Shown piece by piece: positions 44,927 to 55,110 of a DNA stretch of 64,000 nt. The stretch's first letter is position 1, and each line of letters begins with the position of its first letter. The stretch spans positions 64,383 through 128,382 of the forward strand of contig CAZBBK010000007.1 in NCBI GenBank assembly GCA_964490075.1. The letters run 5' to 3'. Below the pieces are notes generated by a model. The model saw only the letters and a program-made list of their open reading frames with translations. It did not search any database and was not told the origin of the DNA. Source of the DNA: an uncultured Gemmatimonadota bacterium (GTDB lineage Bacteria; GCA-2686955). A program made the translations under genes and the position numbers.

Positions 44927-45984
44927 GGCAGCCTCCGATAGAGCTCGACGAGCCGGTCGACGGCCCGCTCCCAGGTGAAGGCGCGGGCGCGATGGCGGCC
45001 CCGCTCGCCGAGCCGAAGCGCGAGCTCAGGGTCGGCGAGCAGCCGGTGCAAGGCCGCGCCGAAGCCGCTGAGATCGCCCGCGCGGACCAGGATTCCCGCG
45101 TCGGCGACCAGCTCTTCGAAGGCGGGAATCGCACTCGCGACCACCGGCGCGCCGTGGCCCATGGCCTCGAGCGCGGGCAGACCGAAGCCCTCGGTCAGGG
45201 AGGGGCAGACGACCGCCGCGGCGCCGGTGTAGAGATCCGAGAGGATGCGGTCGTCGATCTCGCCCAGATAGCGAACTCGCTCCGGGCGCCGATCTCCGCG
45301 ACGCGCACCGACGATGCACAGGTCTGCCTCGGGAGCCTCGGTCGAGGTCCACAGGCGCAACAGCAGCTCCTCTCCCTTGCGCCGCTCCCGGCGACCGAGC
45401 ACCGCCAACACGTAGGGAGGCGCCGCGGGGGAGCGGGGTCGATCCAAACGCCCCACGAAGCAGCCCGAAAGGCCCGGGGCCACCACCTCGATCCGCTCTC
45501 GGCGCAGACCCCAGTCCTCCATCAAGGACCTCGCCACGAAAGGCGCGTCGACTACGATCCGAAACGCTCGCCGCAGGCTCGGCACCAAGCGCCGCGCGAA
45601 GAGCAGTCGCCGGGCACGCTCGCGAAGGCCGACCGCGGGAAGCTCGAGGGGAGCCAGGTCGTGGACCGTGATGATCAGACCCGGAGCATCGGGGAGAGGT
45701 GCCTGGGTGAGCAGGTGGATGCCTCGGGCGCCGGCGGCGAGGGCGCTGCGCACCGCGGGCGCGATCCAACGCTGCCAGGGCAACCAGCGGGGAGCTGCGA
45801 GGATACGCACCGGAATGCCGCCGGTGTCGCGCCGCTGAGCACGTGGATCGGCGCTGTAGAGCACCCAGTCGAGGTCGCCGCCGCGTCGTTCGGCCAGGGC
45901 CCGGACCAGCTCGCGCTGGTAGCGACGAATCCCGCCGCGCCCGAGGGTCCCGTCTTCGAGCAACGCGATCGGAGACGATTTCAA
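44923..45984 (-). CDS. glycosyltransferase family 1 (GT-B, GT4-type)
   Basis: C-terminal 'PSLTEGFGLPALEAMGHGAPVV' EX7E-type motif. TTG start at 45984 overlapping the upstream stop (TTGA), read by hand. Confidence 0.65.
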   Translation of the reverse strand: MKSSPIALLEDGTLGRGGIRRYQRELVRALAERRGGDLDWVLYSADPRAQRRDTGGIPVRILAAPRWLPWQRWIAPAVRSALAAGARGIHLLTQAPLPDAPGLIITVHDLAPLELPAVGLRERARRLLFARRLVPSLRRAFRIVVDAPFVARSLMEDWGLRRERIEVVAPGLSGCFVGRLDRPRSPAAPPYVLAVLGRRERRKGEELLLRLWTSTEAPEADLCIVGARRGDRRPERVRYLGEIDDRILSDLYTGAAAVVCPSLTEGFGLPALEAMGHGAPVVASAIPAFEELVADAGILVRAGDLSGFGAALHRLLADPELALRLGERGRHRARAFTWERAVDRLVELYRRLP

Positions 45985-47024
45985 GACCAGAGACTCCGGT
46001 AGAGGGCCGCGTACTCCCGCGCCATGCGGATCCGGTCGCCGATGGCCACCACGCGGTCGCGATTGGCGGCGCCGAGCCGGGCCCGCTCCCGAGGCGAACG
46101 TCGAATCGACCGGCGCAGGGCGGCGAGATGCGATCCGAGATCCTCGGCGGGACACAGCATCCCTCCGCTGCCGCCGGCTCCGAGCAGCTCTCGGGTGGGG
46201 GCGATGTCGGCAGCGACGACCGGGAGACCGCATGCCATCGCCTCGCCCAGCGCCAGGCCGAAGCCTTCGCAGCGGCTGGGCCAGTAGAAGATATCCGATC
46301 GGCGCAAGAGATCGGCGATGCGGGGGCGCGGCAGTACTCCCGCGAGCTCGATTCCGGCGCCGCGCGCGCGCCGCGCGGCATGCGCCCCGACCCGCCCGGC
46401 GTGGATCACGCGCGCCTCTGCGGCGAGCTCGCGCGCGACCTCGATCAGCGCGTCGAAGCCCTTTCTGGCCGTTCCGGCGCCCACTGTGACGATGCGGGGC
46501 CGTCCACCGGACGACGGGGCGGCGGCGACCGGATGGAAGAGATCGAGGTCGATTCCGTTGCGAATCACACGCGCTTCGACTCCGAAGAGCGAGCGCACCC
46601 GCTCCGCGACGTGCTCCGAGACGGCGACCACGAGGTCGGCGCGTCGAATCACGTCTCGCTCGCGCCGCTTCAGCTGCCGGTGCCAGAGCCGGCGCAGCGG
46701 CCCCCGGAAGGCGGCGTAGTGGGGATCGCCGTGGACCACGAGATGCACCGTGATCAGAAGCGCGGGCGGGTTGCGCAGCGCCGGCGCCATCCAGGTGCCG
46801 CTGTGCACCACGCGTGCGCCGCGAGCGGGCGAGCTCAGAGCCGCGGCCGCCGGCAGGAAGCGACACCAGGCGGGCAGGCGCACGCGCCGCAGCTCGAGCG
46901 GGGCTGCGAGGGCGCGCAGGCCGCCGGCCAGATCGTCGGCCCACTGATCGACCCCGCTGCCGGCGGGAGCCTCCAGCAGGAGCACGGCGGGATTCCGGGC
47001 CGCGGCCCCCGGCTCAGCCATCGC
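45981..47024 (-). CDS. glycosyltransferase family 1 (GT-B)
   Basis: 'WPSRCEGFGLALGEAMACGLPVVA' motif. Start MAEPGAA at 47024. Confidence 0.65.
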   Translation of the reverse strand, partial: AMAEPGAAARNPAVLLLEAPAGSGVDQWADDLAGGLRALAAPLELRRVRLPAWCRFLPAAAALSSPARGARVVHSGTWMAPALRNPPALLITVHLVVHGDPHYAAFRGPLRRLWHRQLKRRERDVIRRADLVVAVSEHVAERVRSLFGVEARVIRNGIDLDLFHPVAAAPSSGGRPRIVTVGAGTARKGFDALIEVARELAAEARVIHAGRVGAHAARRARGAGIELAGVLPRPRIADLLRRSDIFYWPSRCEGFGLALGEAMACGLPVVAADIAPTRELLGAGGSGGMLCPAEDLGSHLAALRRSIRRSPRERARLGAANRDRVVAIGDRIRMAREYAALYRSLWS

Positions 47025-48240
47025 GCGCCGGTCCGCGAGCGCTCGCGACCAGCTCCTCGATCGCGGAGCAGAGCCGCTCCCGTCCCTGGTGACAATGCGC
47101 TCGAGCCAGCCCTGCCGATTCCCGTCCGGCGGCCTCCGCGCGCCTCGGATCTCCGAGCAGCGCGTTGATCGCCCAGGCCAGCGCGCGCACATCTCCCGGA
47201 GGAACCACGCGGGCACCCTCGTGAATCCGCTCCGCCAGCGCCCCGCTGCGCGCCACGATCACCGGCCGGCCGGCCAGCAGAGCCTCCATGACCGACACCC
47301 CGTAGGTCTCCGCCTCGCCGCGGCGATCGACGATCGAGGGCTGCACCACCACCGCGGCGGCCCGCAAGAGGTGCGGAATCAGAGGGCGGGTCACCGACTG
47401 GAGCAGGCGCGCCCGTCCGGAGACGACCGCGCCATGCGCCTCGAGGGATGCGCGCTGCGGACCGTCGCCGGCGATCACCACCAGGGGCGGGCCGGCGGGC
47501 GAGCGCAGCTCGGCGGCCGCGTTCAGAAGATGCCGGTGCCCTTTCTTCTCCACCAATCGGCCGAGCGCGAGGACGATCGGGCGATCCGGTGGCAGGCCAA
47601 AACGCTCCTTCGCGGAGGGCGGCGCGGGCCGCTCAGGAGCTTGGAGCAACTCCGGAGCGATCATCGGCGGCACCACGCGCAGCCGGCGCGGAGTTCGCCA
47701 TTCCTCGACGCGCTTCCTGGTGTACTCGCTGTTGGCCAGGACCATGCTCGCCGCTCCGACCAGAGCGCGGAACACCAGCCCTTCGGCGAGGCCGCGCGGA
47801 TTGACACGATGCACGCGCAGAGCCCAAGGGATTCCCCGCCGCCTGGCCGCTGGCCACACCGCCGCGCCGGTCTCCGGCCAGTGGGCGACGATGGCGGCGG
47901 TGGAATGGGCGGCGCTGGCTCGGGATGCTCCCCGGGCCAGGGCGAGGAGCAGGGGCAGGGCCTCGAGCCGCGCGCCGGCCGAGCTCAGGGCGCCGGCAGC
48001 GCCCCCCTCCCCGTAGGCGAGCCGCGGTCGCAGTCCTCGGGGCAGATAGGCGACCCGCTCGATCGGAATCCCGTGCAGGGTCTCGCGCGCGCGGGCTCCC
48101 CGACCCGGTGCCGGGCAGACGATGCGCGAGGCCCACCCCTGCGCGTGCAGCACACGCGCCTCGTCCAGAACGAAGGGACTGGTCCAATCGCCGGCGAAAC
48201 GGGGCGCCGACGACGCGACGTGCAGGACCTCAGCGGGCAC
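47014..48240 (-). CDS. glycosyltransferase family 1 (GT-B)
   Basis: 'VLHVASS...' N-terminus, 'QPSIVDRRGEAETYGVSVMEALLAGRPVIV' motif. GTG start about 48240 overlapping the upstream gene by 11 nt. Confidence 0.6.
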   Translation of the reverse strand: MPAEVLHVASSAPRFAGDWTSPFVLDEARVLHAQGWASRIVCPAPGRGARARETLHGIPIERVAYLPRGLRPRLAYGEGGAAGALSSAGARLEALPLLLALARGASRASAAHSTAAIVAHWPETGAAVWPAARRRGIPWALRVHRVNPRGLAEGLVFRALVGAASMVLANSEYTRKRVEEWRTPRRLRVVPPMIAPELLQAPERPAPPSAKERFGLPPDRPIVLALGRLVEKKGHRHLLNAAAELRSPAGPPLVVIAGDGPQRASLEAHGAVVSGRARLLQSVTRPLIPHLLRAAAVVVQPSIVDRRGEAETYGVSVMEALLAGRPVIVARSGALAERIHEGARVVPPGDVRALAWAINALLGDPRRAEAAGRESAGLARAHCHQGRERLCSAIEELVASARGPARDG

Positions 48241-49360
48241 GGCGGCGCGCCTCCTCGGCCGCCCCCGCGCGCCAGCCGGGCAGGCTTTTCCCCGCGGCTG
48301 CCTCGAGCAGTCCCACGAAGGCCCACCAATGCATGCCCCAGGCGTGGCGCGCCGCGGTCCCGATCCCGCCGGCGCGCGGGCCGAGCAGCGCACACAGGAG
48401 CGGCAGCCATAGAAGCAGCGCGCCCCAGTGGAGCTCCCCGATGCCGAGATCGACCAAGGCCAGGGCGTAGAGCGGCAACCCCAGCCAACGCAGCAGCTTG
48501 CGCGACAGGAGCTGGAGCGCCAGGGCAGGGCGGCGCCAGGCCTGCCGGCGCAGGAAGGAGAGCACCACGGCACTGTCTTGCAGCGCGATGCGGCGATGGG
48601 CGCGGGCCGGGTCGGAGTCGCGGATGATCTCGGTGGCGCGCGCCTTCGGGGCGACCACCGAGCGCCGCCCGGCGGCCAGGGCGCGCAAGGGCAGCACGAT
48701 GTCCTCCATCTGGTGAGCCGGGATCGATCGCCAGCCGGCGCGGCGCAGCGCGAGCAGCGCGCCGGAGGCGGCGAAGGCGCGACCCAGCTTGCCCTCCTGG
48801 CGGCGGATCCAGCTCTCGTAGCGCCAGTAGAGCGCCTCGGCGCCATGGCGGCGTCGCAGCGCCCCGGCCGGGCGCAGGGTGAGCACCCCTTGAACGACGT
48901 CGACGCGCGGATCGTCGAACTCCGCCAGCAGCGCCTCGATCGCCGCCGGCGCCAGCTCGGTGTTGGCGTCGGTGAAGACCAGGATCTCGCCGCGGGCGCG
49001 CTGGACCGCCAGGTTCTGGGCGGCCGTCTTGCCGAGCACCGCCGTCTCGATCACCTCCAGGCGCGGTTCGGAGCGAGCCAGGGCACGGGCCCGGGCGGCG
49101 GTGCCGTCGCAAGACCCGTTGACGGCGCAGATGATCTGCAAGGAGGCGGGGTCGGGGAGCCGCAGGCTGGCGCGCAGCTTGTCTTCGATGGTCGCGGCCT
49201 CGTTGGCCGCGGCGATGATCAGCGAGACCGAGCGGCCCGCCGCTCCCGGCTCCCGGCTCCGCGAAAGGCGCGCGCGGCCGGCGAGCACTCCCAAGACCAC
49301 GGGGTATCCCACGCCGCTCCAGCCGAGAGCCGCGAGTGCCAGGTAGCCGACGGCGCTCAC
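48230..49360 (-). CDS. membrane-anchored glycosyltransferase family 2 (GT-A)
   Basis: N-terminal TM, 'SLIIAAANEAATIEDKL', 'VFTDANT' DxD region, C-terminal TM helices. GTG start at 49360 in a GTGA overlap. Confidence 0.65.
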   Translation of the reverse strand: MSAVGYLALAALGWSGVGYPVVLGVLAGRARLSRSREPGAAGRSVSLIIAAANEAATIEDKLRASLRLPDPASLQIICAVNGSCDGTAARARALARSEPRLEVIETAVLGKTAAQNLAVQRARGEILVFTDANTELAPAAIEALLAEFDDPRVDVVQGVLTLRPAGALRRRHGAEALYWRYESWIRRQEGKLGRAFAASGALLALRRAGWRSIPAHQMEDIVLPLRALAAGRRSVVAPKARATEIIRDSDPARAHRRIALQDSAVVLSFLRRQAWRRPALALQLLSRKLLRWLGLPLYALALVDLGIGELHWGALLLWLPLLCALLGPRAGGIGTAARHAWGMHWWAFVGLLEAAAGKSLPGWRAGAAEEARRRAR

Positions 49361-50511
49361 GCCGAGACCTCGAGCATGCCGCGGGCGCGCAGCGAATCGA
49401 GCGCCTGTAGCACGTCGTCGACGCCGATTCCCGCCATGCAGTCCGGCTCCGGGCAGGGCGGCGGAAACTCGCCGGTCGCACAGGGGCGGCAGGGAAGAGA
49501 CTCGGGTGCGGTCAGCTCGAGCGCCCGCGCGCCGCCGTGACGGCGCAGCGCCGGGTCGACGGGCCCGAAGAGGGCGATGCTCGGCACCCCCAGGGCGCGC
49601 GCCAGGTGCAGCGGACCGGCGTCGGAGCTGATCAGCACGCGGCACGCGGCCAGGGTGGCGAGCAACGAATCGGGTTCGGTGCGGCCGGCGAGATTCAGCA
49701 CCCGCGGCACGGCCCTCTCGATTCGCGCCGCCGCCTCGGAATCGTTTGCCCCGCCCACCAGCAGCACCGCGCAGCGCTCGACCAGGACGCGGGCCAGCTC
49801 GATCCACCGCCCCGGCGGCCAACGCCGCGCCGCCCAGGCCACGCCGGGGTTCAGGGCGATCCACTCCGACCCGCCGCCCGCGGGCAGCAGCGAGGGGGCG
49901 CCGGTGGGAGGCCGCAGCCGCGCCTGGCCCCAGTCCTCGCTGCGCAAGGCACAGAGCGTGCGCAAGCTGTCGAGAGCCATCTCGGTCGGATGGCGCACGC
50001 CGGAGAGCCGAGAGCGGTCGAAGTCGAAGCTGGCGCGCACCTGCATGTCGATCAGGTAGCCGGCGATCGCGCGCGGTCGCAGCGCGGCCATCAGAGCGGC
50101 GCTCGCCAGGCCGGTGAAGGGCAGGAGGCCGAGGTCGGGACGGCTCGCGGGCACCCTTCGAGCACGCCCGGCGATCGCCCTGGTCAGCGAGCGCGTCCCC
50201 ACGCCCACGCTCTCGATCTGGTCGGCGACCGCGAAGTGGGCCAGGAAAGGCGCGACCGGCCGGCGCACGAACCAGACGATCCGCGCGCGCGGGGCCAGCG
50301 CGCGCAGCGCCCGCGCGAAAGGGATGGCGAGCACGACATCGCCAAGGCCGAAGAGATGGCATACCGCGATGTTCTCGGCGCGTGCCGGATCGGGGGCCGG
50401 CCCCCGCGCGCCGCGTCGACGCTCCAGCAGGGTCGCGCCGGGCCCGCCGATGGCATGGCGCGCCGCCAGCCGCAGGCGGGTCCCGGGCGGCGGCCCGGGG
50501 TTACGGCTCAC
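49357..50511 (-). CDS. glycosyltransferase family 9 (heptosyltransferase-like)
   Basis: 'IAVCHLFGLGDVVLAIPFARAL' matches the GT9 N-terminus. No ATG near the conserved start; GTG at about 50511 (GTGA overlap) would give a 47-aa leader, so the start is uncertain. Confidence 0.55.
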   Translation of the reverse strand: MSRNPGPPPGTRLRLAARHAIGGPGATLLERRRGARGPAPDPARAENIAVCHLFGLGDVVLAIPFARALRALAPRARIVWFVRRPVAPFLAHFAVADQIESVGVGTRSLTRAIAGRARRVPASRPDLGLLPFTGLASAALMAALRPRAIAGYLIDMQVRASFDFDRSRLSGVRHPTEMALDSLRTLCALRSEDWGQARLRPPTGAPSLLPAGGGSEWIALNPGVAWAARRWPPGRWIELARVLVERCAVLLVGGANDSEAAARIERAVPRVLNLAGRTEPDSLLATLAACRVLISSDAGPLHLARALGVPSIALFGPVDPALRRHGGARALELTAPESLPCRPCATGEFPPPCPEPDCMAGIGVDDVLQALDSLRARGMLEVSA

Positions 50512-51338
50512 CGGGGTGCCTTCCGCAGGGGGGAGTGGGCCAACGCGGCCTCGGTCCAGGCTTGCCGCGCCCCCTCCAGCACCGCCAGGATCCAACCAAG
50601 AGCGCCGTCGCGATGGCCGCCCCGGGCGAGATAGAGCCAGCAGGCGATCGCTCCCGGTCGCAGTGGACAGAGCATCCACGAGAGGCGCAACACGGGCCTC
50701 CAGCGCCCGCCGAGGGCGCGCAGCGGCAAGGGGCGCGGCCGACCGCCCCAGCGGTCGCGCAGATCGAGCGCGTCCAACGCCGCGTAGCGAGCCTGGCGGC
50801 GCACATGATCGGCCAGGCAGCCGCGGGCCAGGTGGATCAAGGGCTCGCGCAACGCCTCCACTCGTCCTGACACCTCGACCTCGGCGTGCACGCTGCGTGG
50901 CTCGAAGCGAATCCGCCCCTTGCGCACCAGGCGGATGTTCCGATCGGGCCACCAGTCGCCGCCGCGGGGCGTCCGGCTCCCGACCCGGTTGATGCGGGGG
51001 ACCGAAAAGGCCGCAACCTCCGGCGCTGCGGCGCGTACGCATGCGCGCAGCTCATCCGCGAGCTCCGCGGTGATCCGCTCGTCGGCGTCGAGCAGGAAGA
51101 CCCAGGAGCCGTCGGCGGCCGGCAGTCGGTCGAGGGCGCTGTTCTTGAGCGACGCGCTGTCGGCGAAGGGCAAGGTGAGGACGTGGGCGGCGTGGCGCTC
51201 GGCGATTTCGCGAGTGGCCGGGTCGCTTCCGTCAAGGACCACCCAGGTCGCTCCGACGCGCTCGGCCGATCGCAGACAGGGCAGGAGCCGGTCGGCCTCG
51301 TCGGAGGCCGGAATCAGCACCAGCGCTTCAGCGGCCAT
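50508..51338 (-). CDS. glycosyltransferase family 2 (WaaE/KdtX-like core GT)
   Basis: 'ALVLIPASDEADRL', 'FLLDADERI' DxD, about 270 aa. Confidence 0.6.
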   Translation of the reverse strand: MAAEALVLIPASDEADRLLPCLRSAERVGATWVVLDGSDPATREIAERHAAHVLTLPFADSASLKNSALDRLPAADGSWVFLLDADERITAELADELRACVRAAAPEVAAFSVPRINRVGSRTPRGGDWWPDRNIRLVRKGRIRFEPRSVHAEVEVSGRVEALREPLIHLARGCLADHVRRQARYAALDALDLRDRWGGRPRPLPLRALGGRWRPVLRLSWMLCPLRPGAIACWLYLARGGHRDGALGWILAVLEGARQAWTEAALAHSPLRKAPR

Positions 51339-52281
51339 CGTCGGTCCCGCCCGGCGCATCCACCGGACCGGTCGATTCGCCGACCGACCAGCCGCGCTCG
51401 AGCGCTCCGCGATAGAAGGCGATGCGCCGGCGCGCGGAAGAGCGCTGGGTGCGCGGGATCGCCAGAAGCGCGCTGATCGCCAGGCGCAGGGTCGCGCCCA
51501 CGATGCGCAGCGCCGCGTGCCCCACTCGCGCCGGGCGGCCGTGAAACTTGCTCAGGTAGCGCGCCTGCGCGCGGTAGAAGTAGCGGCCGAGCTGCGCGGG
51601 GTCGCCGCCTGATCCGCCGCCATCGTGGAGCGCGCGCACCCCTTCGAGCCGGTGAACGGTCGAGCCGCGCTGCGCCAGCCTGCGGCACAGATCCTTGTCC
51701 TCGCCGTATAAGAAGTACTCCTCGTCGAAGCCGCCGACGGCCCGAAAGGTCTTGCTGGGGACCAACATCGCCGCGCCAAGGACCCAGTCCACCCGGCCAT
51801 CTTCCGCCGCCACGGGCGATCGAGACCGAGCCGCCCCGATCGCGTCGAGCAGCGCGCCGCGCAGCGAGGGGAAGCGCCCGCCCCAGCGCTGCCTTCGACC
51901 TTCGGCGTCGACCAAGAGGGGAGCGACAGCGCCGAGATCCGGGCGGGCTTCGGCGAACTCCACCAGATCGCTCGGCGAGCCCGAGACGAAGCGCAGGTCC
52001 GGGTTCAGAAAGAGGAGATGACGGCCCTCGGCCGCCGCGGCCGCCAGATTGGCGGCGCGCGCGAAGCCGAGATTGCGCTCCGAGGGGATCAGGCGCGGCG
52101 TCGGCTCGTACCAGCGAACCAGCTCCACCGTCTCGTCGGTCGATCGATTGTCGAAGACCATGATCTCGGTGGTATCGGGCGGCGCCGCGATCGAGCGCAG
52201 GCACGCTTCGATATGACGCGCGGAGTTGTGGGTCACGATGATGATAGAGAGGATCACGGGTCTACGCTGCCGTTGGGCCAT
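51328..52281 (-). CDS. glycosyltransferase family 2 (GT-A, rhamnosyl/WbbL-like)
   Basis: 'PVILSIIIVTHNSARHIEACL', 'LFLNPD', 'YGEDKDLCRR'. Confidence 0.65.
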   Translation of the reverse strand: MAQRQRRPVILSIIIVTHNSARHIEACLRSIAAPPDTTEIMVFDNRSTDETVELVRWYEPTPRLIPSERNLGFARAANLAAAAAEGRHLLFLNPDLRFVSGSPSDLVEFAEARPDLGAVAPLLVDAEGRRQRWGGRFPSLRGALLDAIGAARSRSPVAAEDGRVDWVLGAAMLVPSKTFRAVGGFDEEYFLYGEDKDLCRRLAQRGSTVHRLEGVRALHDGGGSGGDPAQLGRYFYRAQARYLSKFHGRPARVGHAALRIVGATLRLAISALLAIPRTQRSSARRRIAFYRGALERGWSVGESTGPVDAPGGTDDGR

Positions 52282-53290
52282 CTAGAAGGCGCAGCGATTC
52301 CTTCAGCACATGCTCCCACGATAGTGCCCTCATGCACACCAGGTCGTGGGCGCAGGGCTGGGAGGGCGCGAGGTCTCCCCAGCAGGGGCTGCACTCGCCG
52401 GAACGCAGCACGGTGGTCGCCACGCCCTCGGCGAGACCGCGCTCGGCCGCCGTCGCACCGGCCAGGACCAGCGCCTTGGTCCGCTGAATTCCGGCCAGCA
52501 CGGCGATCAGTGAGTCGTTGGCGAGAACCAGGTCGGCCCGCGCCACCAGCAACGCGAGCTCTTCCACCGTGGTCTCGCCCCGCCAGTCGCCGATCTCGGG
52601 CGCGAGCGGCAGCGCCGATGCCTCGTCGCGCGTGCCGACGATCGCCACCCGGCAGCCGCGTGCGCGCAGCGCGCCCGCGACGCGCCCGAAGCCCTCCGGG
52701 AGCCAGCGGCGCCGGTAGTCGGCCCGCCCCCCACCGCCGCCGCCGGGTGCCACCAGCACCAGCCGATCGCCCCCCGGAAGCTCCGCGACGCGGCGCTCGA
52801 CCCCTTTCCGAGTGGCGAGCGGCGGATCCTCGAGCAGCGGGCCGCGCCGCGCGGGCGGAATCCCGAGCACCCGCGCGACCTGGCAGAAGGTGCGCCGCAG
52901 ATCGGTGCCGGCCGGCTCGGGCCAGGGCAGGCCGCCGGGGCCGAAGTCGAGGCTGCTGCGGCCCGTGGCGAGGGCGGCCAGCAGCGCCATGCGCCGGCCC
53001 GGATGCAGCGCGACCACCAGGTCGGCGGCGAGACGGCGCGCCGCCAGGGCTCCCGCCGCGAACGATGCCCAGCCGCCGTAGGGATTCGCCAGCCGGTGGA
53101 CTCGCACCTCCGGCAGCAGACCGGCGATCGGCCGCACACTCTCGGCACAGGCCAGGTGGATTTCGATCGGCGGGTCGGCGCTGCACAGATCACGAACCAG
53201 GTCGGCCGTGCGCAACACGTCTCCAGCGGCCCCGTAGCGCAACAGCAGGATCCGCGCTGGGCGACGACCTTCGCACGTCCGCTTCCGCAG
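52262..53290 (-). CDS. glycosyltransferase family 9 (heptosyltransferase-like)
   Basis: 'RILLLRYGAAGDVLRTADLVRDL' GT9 N-terminus, 'LVLANDSLIAVLAG' C-terminal motif. Start approximate; the track ORF begins at 53551 with an Arg-rich leader. Confidence 0.55.
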   Translation of the reverse strand: MRKRTCEGRRPARILLLRYGAAGDVLRTADLVRDLCSADPPIEIHLACAESVRPIAGLLPEVRVHRLANPYGGWASFAAGALAARRLAADLVVALHPGRRMALLAALATGRSSLDFGPGGLPWPEPAGTDLRRTFCQVARVLGIPPARRGPLLEDPPLATRKGVERRVAELPGGDRLVLVAPGGGGGGRADYRRRWLPEGFGRVAGALRARGCRVAIVGTRDEASALPLAPEIGDWRGETTVEELALLVARADLVLANDSLIAVLAGIQRTKALVLAGATAAERGLAEGVATTVLRSGECSPCWGDLAPSQPCAHDLVCMRALSWEHVLKESLRLLDGPTAA

Positions 53291-53336
53291 CCGGCGCCGC
53301 TCGATCGAGGCGTTCACGAGGTGCCCAATCACCGCC

Positions 53337-54272
53337 TCAAGCCTCGTCGGATGAGCGGCGGGATGGCGCGCCCGGCGCCTCACGGACCTCTTGCAGGGCG
53401 GCCCGTGCCGCCTCCTTGGGGATCCCGGCGCGGCGCATCCTGCGCAGCGCTTCGCGCGGCGCCACGCCTTCGCGTAGCAGCTCCCTGGCCTGTGTCGCCC
53501 AGGGCGACTCGCGCCGCTCGGGTTCGCCCTCTGCCTCGGGGGGAGTCGCACTGCGGGTGTCGATCACCAGCACCGCCTCGCCGCGCACCGGGCTCTCGCG
53601 CAGCTGAGCGGCGAGCGCCGCCGCCGAGCCGCGCAGCACGCTCTCGTGCAGCTTGGTGAGCTCGCGACACAGGGCGACCTCCACGTCGCCGAGAGTGCCC
53701 GCGACCTCCTCGAGGGTGGGGGCGAGCCGACGCGGGGATTCGAAAAGGACCAGCGTGGTGCCGCCGAAGAGCCGGCGCTGCTGCGCCAGGACCCGCAACC
53801 GGGCCCGGCGTTTGCCGGGAGCGGCCGGCAGGAAGCCCTCGAAGCCAAAGGAATCGGTCGGCAGACCGGCCACCGAGAGCGCCGCGAGCGCCGCACTCGG
53901 CCCCGGAATGGCGCACACGCGGTGCCCGCCCTCCAGCGCCGCGCGCACCGCACGACGCCCCGGGTCGGAGACGCTCGGTGTGCCGGCATCGGAGACCAGG
54001 GCCACCGAGCGGCCACGTTCGAGCAGGTCGACGATGCCGCGCGCCGAGGCCAGCTCGTTGTGATCGTGGTGGGCGATCCGCGAGGCACGGCTGCCGAGGC
54101 GGTCGAGCAGCCGCCGAGAATGGCGCGTGTCCTCGCAGGCCACCACGTCGACCTCGGTCAGAATCCGGGCCGCCCGCGCACCGAGATCGTCCAGATTGCC
54201 GATCGGCGTCGCCACCACGTAGAGCGTTCCCTGCCCCCGGTCGCTCGGCTCAGACCCCCCAGTCGCGGGCAT
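53337..54272 (-). CDS. rsmI: 16S rRNA (cytidine1402-2'-O)-methyltransferase
   Basis: 'GTLYVVATPIGNLDDL...VVACEDTRHS', tetrapyrrole-methylase fold. ATG at 54272 verified. Confidence 0.8.
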   Translation of the reverse strand: MPATGGSEPSDRGQGTLYVVATPIGNLDDLGARAARILTEVDVVACEDTRHSRRLLDRLGSRASRIAHHDHNELASARGIVDLLERGRSVALVSDAGTPSVSDPGRRAVRAALEGGHRVCAIPGPSAALAALSVAGLPTDSFGFEGFLPAAPGKRRARLRVLAQQRRLFGGTTLVLFESPRRLAPTLEEVAGTLGDVEVALCRELTKLHESVLRGSAAALAAQLRESPVRGEAVLVIDTRSATPPEAEGEPERRESPWATQARELLREGVAPREALRRMRRAGIPKEAARAALQEVREAPGAPSRRSSDEA

Positions 54273-55110
54273 AGCGAAAATCCCGGCCGATGGTGCGATG
54301 AGAGACCTTGGCGATGATCGGCAAGGCGCGTTTGAACTGGGAGCGCCGCACCATCTCGGCCACTCGATCGACGAAGCTCGCATCCTCGCCTCGTGCCACG
54401 ATCTCCGATCTGGTGAAGCGGCGGTCGACGAGGTGGTAGAGCACCCGGTCGACCGCCTCGTAGGAGAAGCCCATCTCGTCCTCGTCGGTCTGGCCGACCC
54501 AGAGGTCGGCGCTCGGAGGCTTGGCGATCACCCTTTCCGGCACGCCGAGGTGGACCGCCAGCTCGCGCAGCTGGCTCTTGTAGAGATCACCGATCGGATT
54601 CAGCGCCGAGGCCATGTCGCCGTGGATGGTGCCATATCCGAGCAGCAGCTCGGTCTTGTTGCTGGTGCCGAGCACCAGCGCGCCCTCGACGGCGGAGTGA
54701 TCGTAGAGGATCGCCATTCGCTCGCGCGCCATCTTGTTGCCACGCTCCAGCGGGGTGGCGTCGCCGCGATGGCGGAAGTAGGCGTCGATCTGAGGGCTCA
54801 GGTCGACGGTGATCATGCGCACGCCCGCCTGCTCTGCCACCGCGGTGGCGTCCTCCAAGGACTCCGGAGAAGAGGTGGCGTAGGGCATCCGAATCGCCAG
54901 CACCTGCTCCCCACCGAGCGCGCGCGCCGCCAGCACGCAGGCGACCGCCGAATCGATGCCCCCCGAGAGCCCGACCACGACACGTTCCAGTCCGAGCTTG
55001 CGCACCTCGTTGCGCAGAAAGCGCAGCAGCAGATCCTGGACCGCCGGCAGATCGAGGGCCGGAACGCCGAGCGGCTCCGCGGCGCGCCGCCAGGGGATCG
55101 AAGCGCTCAT
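54250..55110 (-). CDS. nadE: NH3-dependent NAD+ synthetase (synthetase domain only)
   Basis: 'VVGLSGGIDSAV' PP-loop, 'LVLGTSNKTELLLGYGTIHGDMASALNPIGDLYK'. Confidence 0.85.
   Translation of the reverse strand: MSASIPWRRAAEPLGVPALDLPAVQDLLLRFLRNEVRKLGLERVVVGLSGGIDSAVACVLAARALGGEQVLAIRMPYATSSPESLEDATAVAEQAGVRMITVDLSPQIDAYFRHRGDATPLERGNKMARERMAILYDHSAVEGALVLGTSNKTELLLGYGTIHGDMASALNPIGDLYKSQLRELAVHLGVPERVIAKPPSADLWVGQTDEDEMGFSYEAVDRVLYHLVDRRFTRSEIVARGEDASFVDRVAEMVRRSQFKRALPIIAKVSHRTIGRDFRYARDWGV

Noticed and set aside
53219-53290. My hand translation of this stretch in the ORF-track frame gives 19 residues different from the track (a +2/-2 compensating offset).
   Set aside because: This is most likely my own indexing slip while reading the printed sequence. 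The ORF remains open either way, and I did not use the stretch for any claim. Starts refined by hand elsewhere may be off by 1-2 nt for the same reason.
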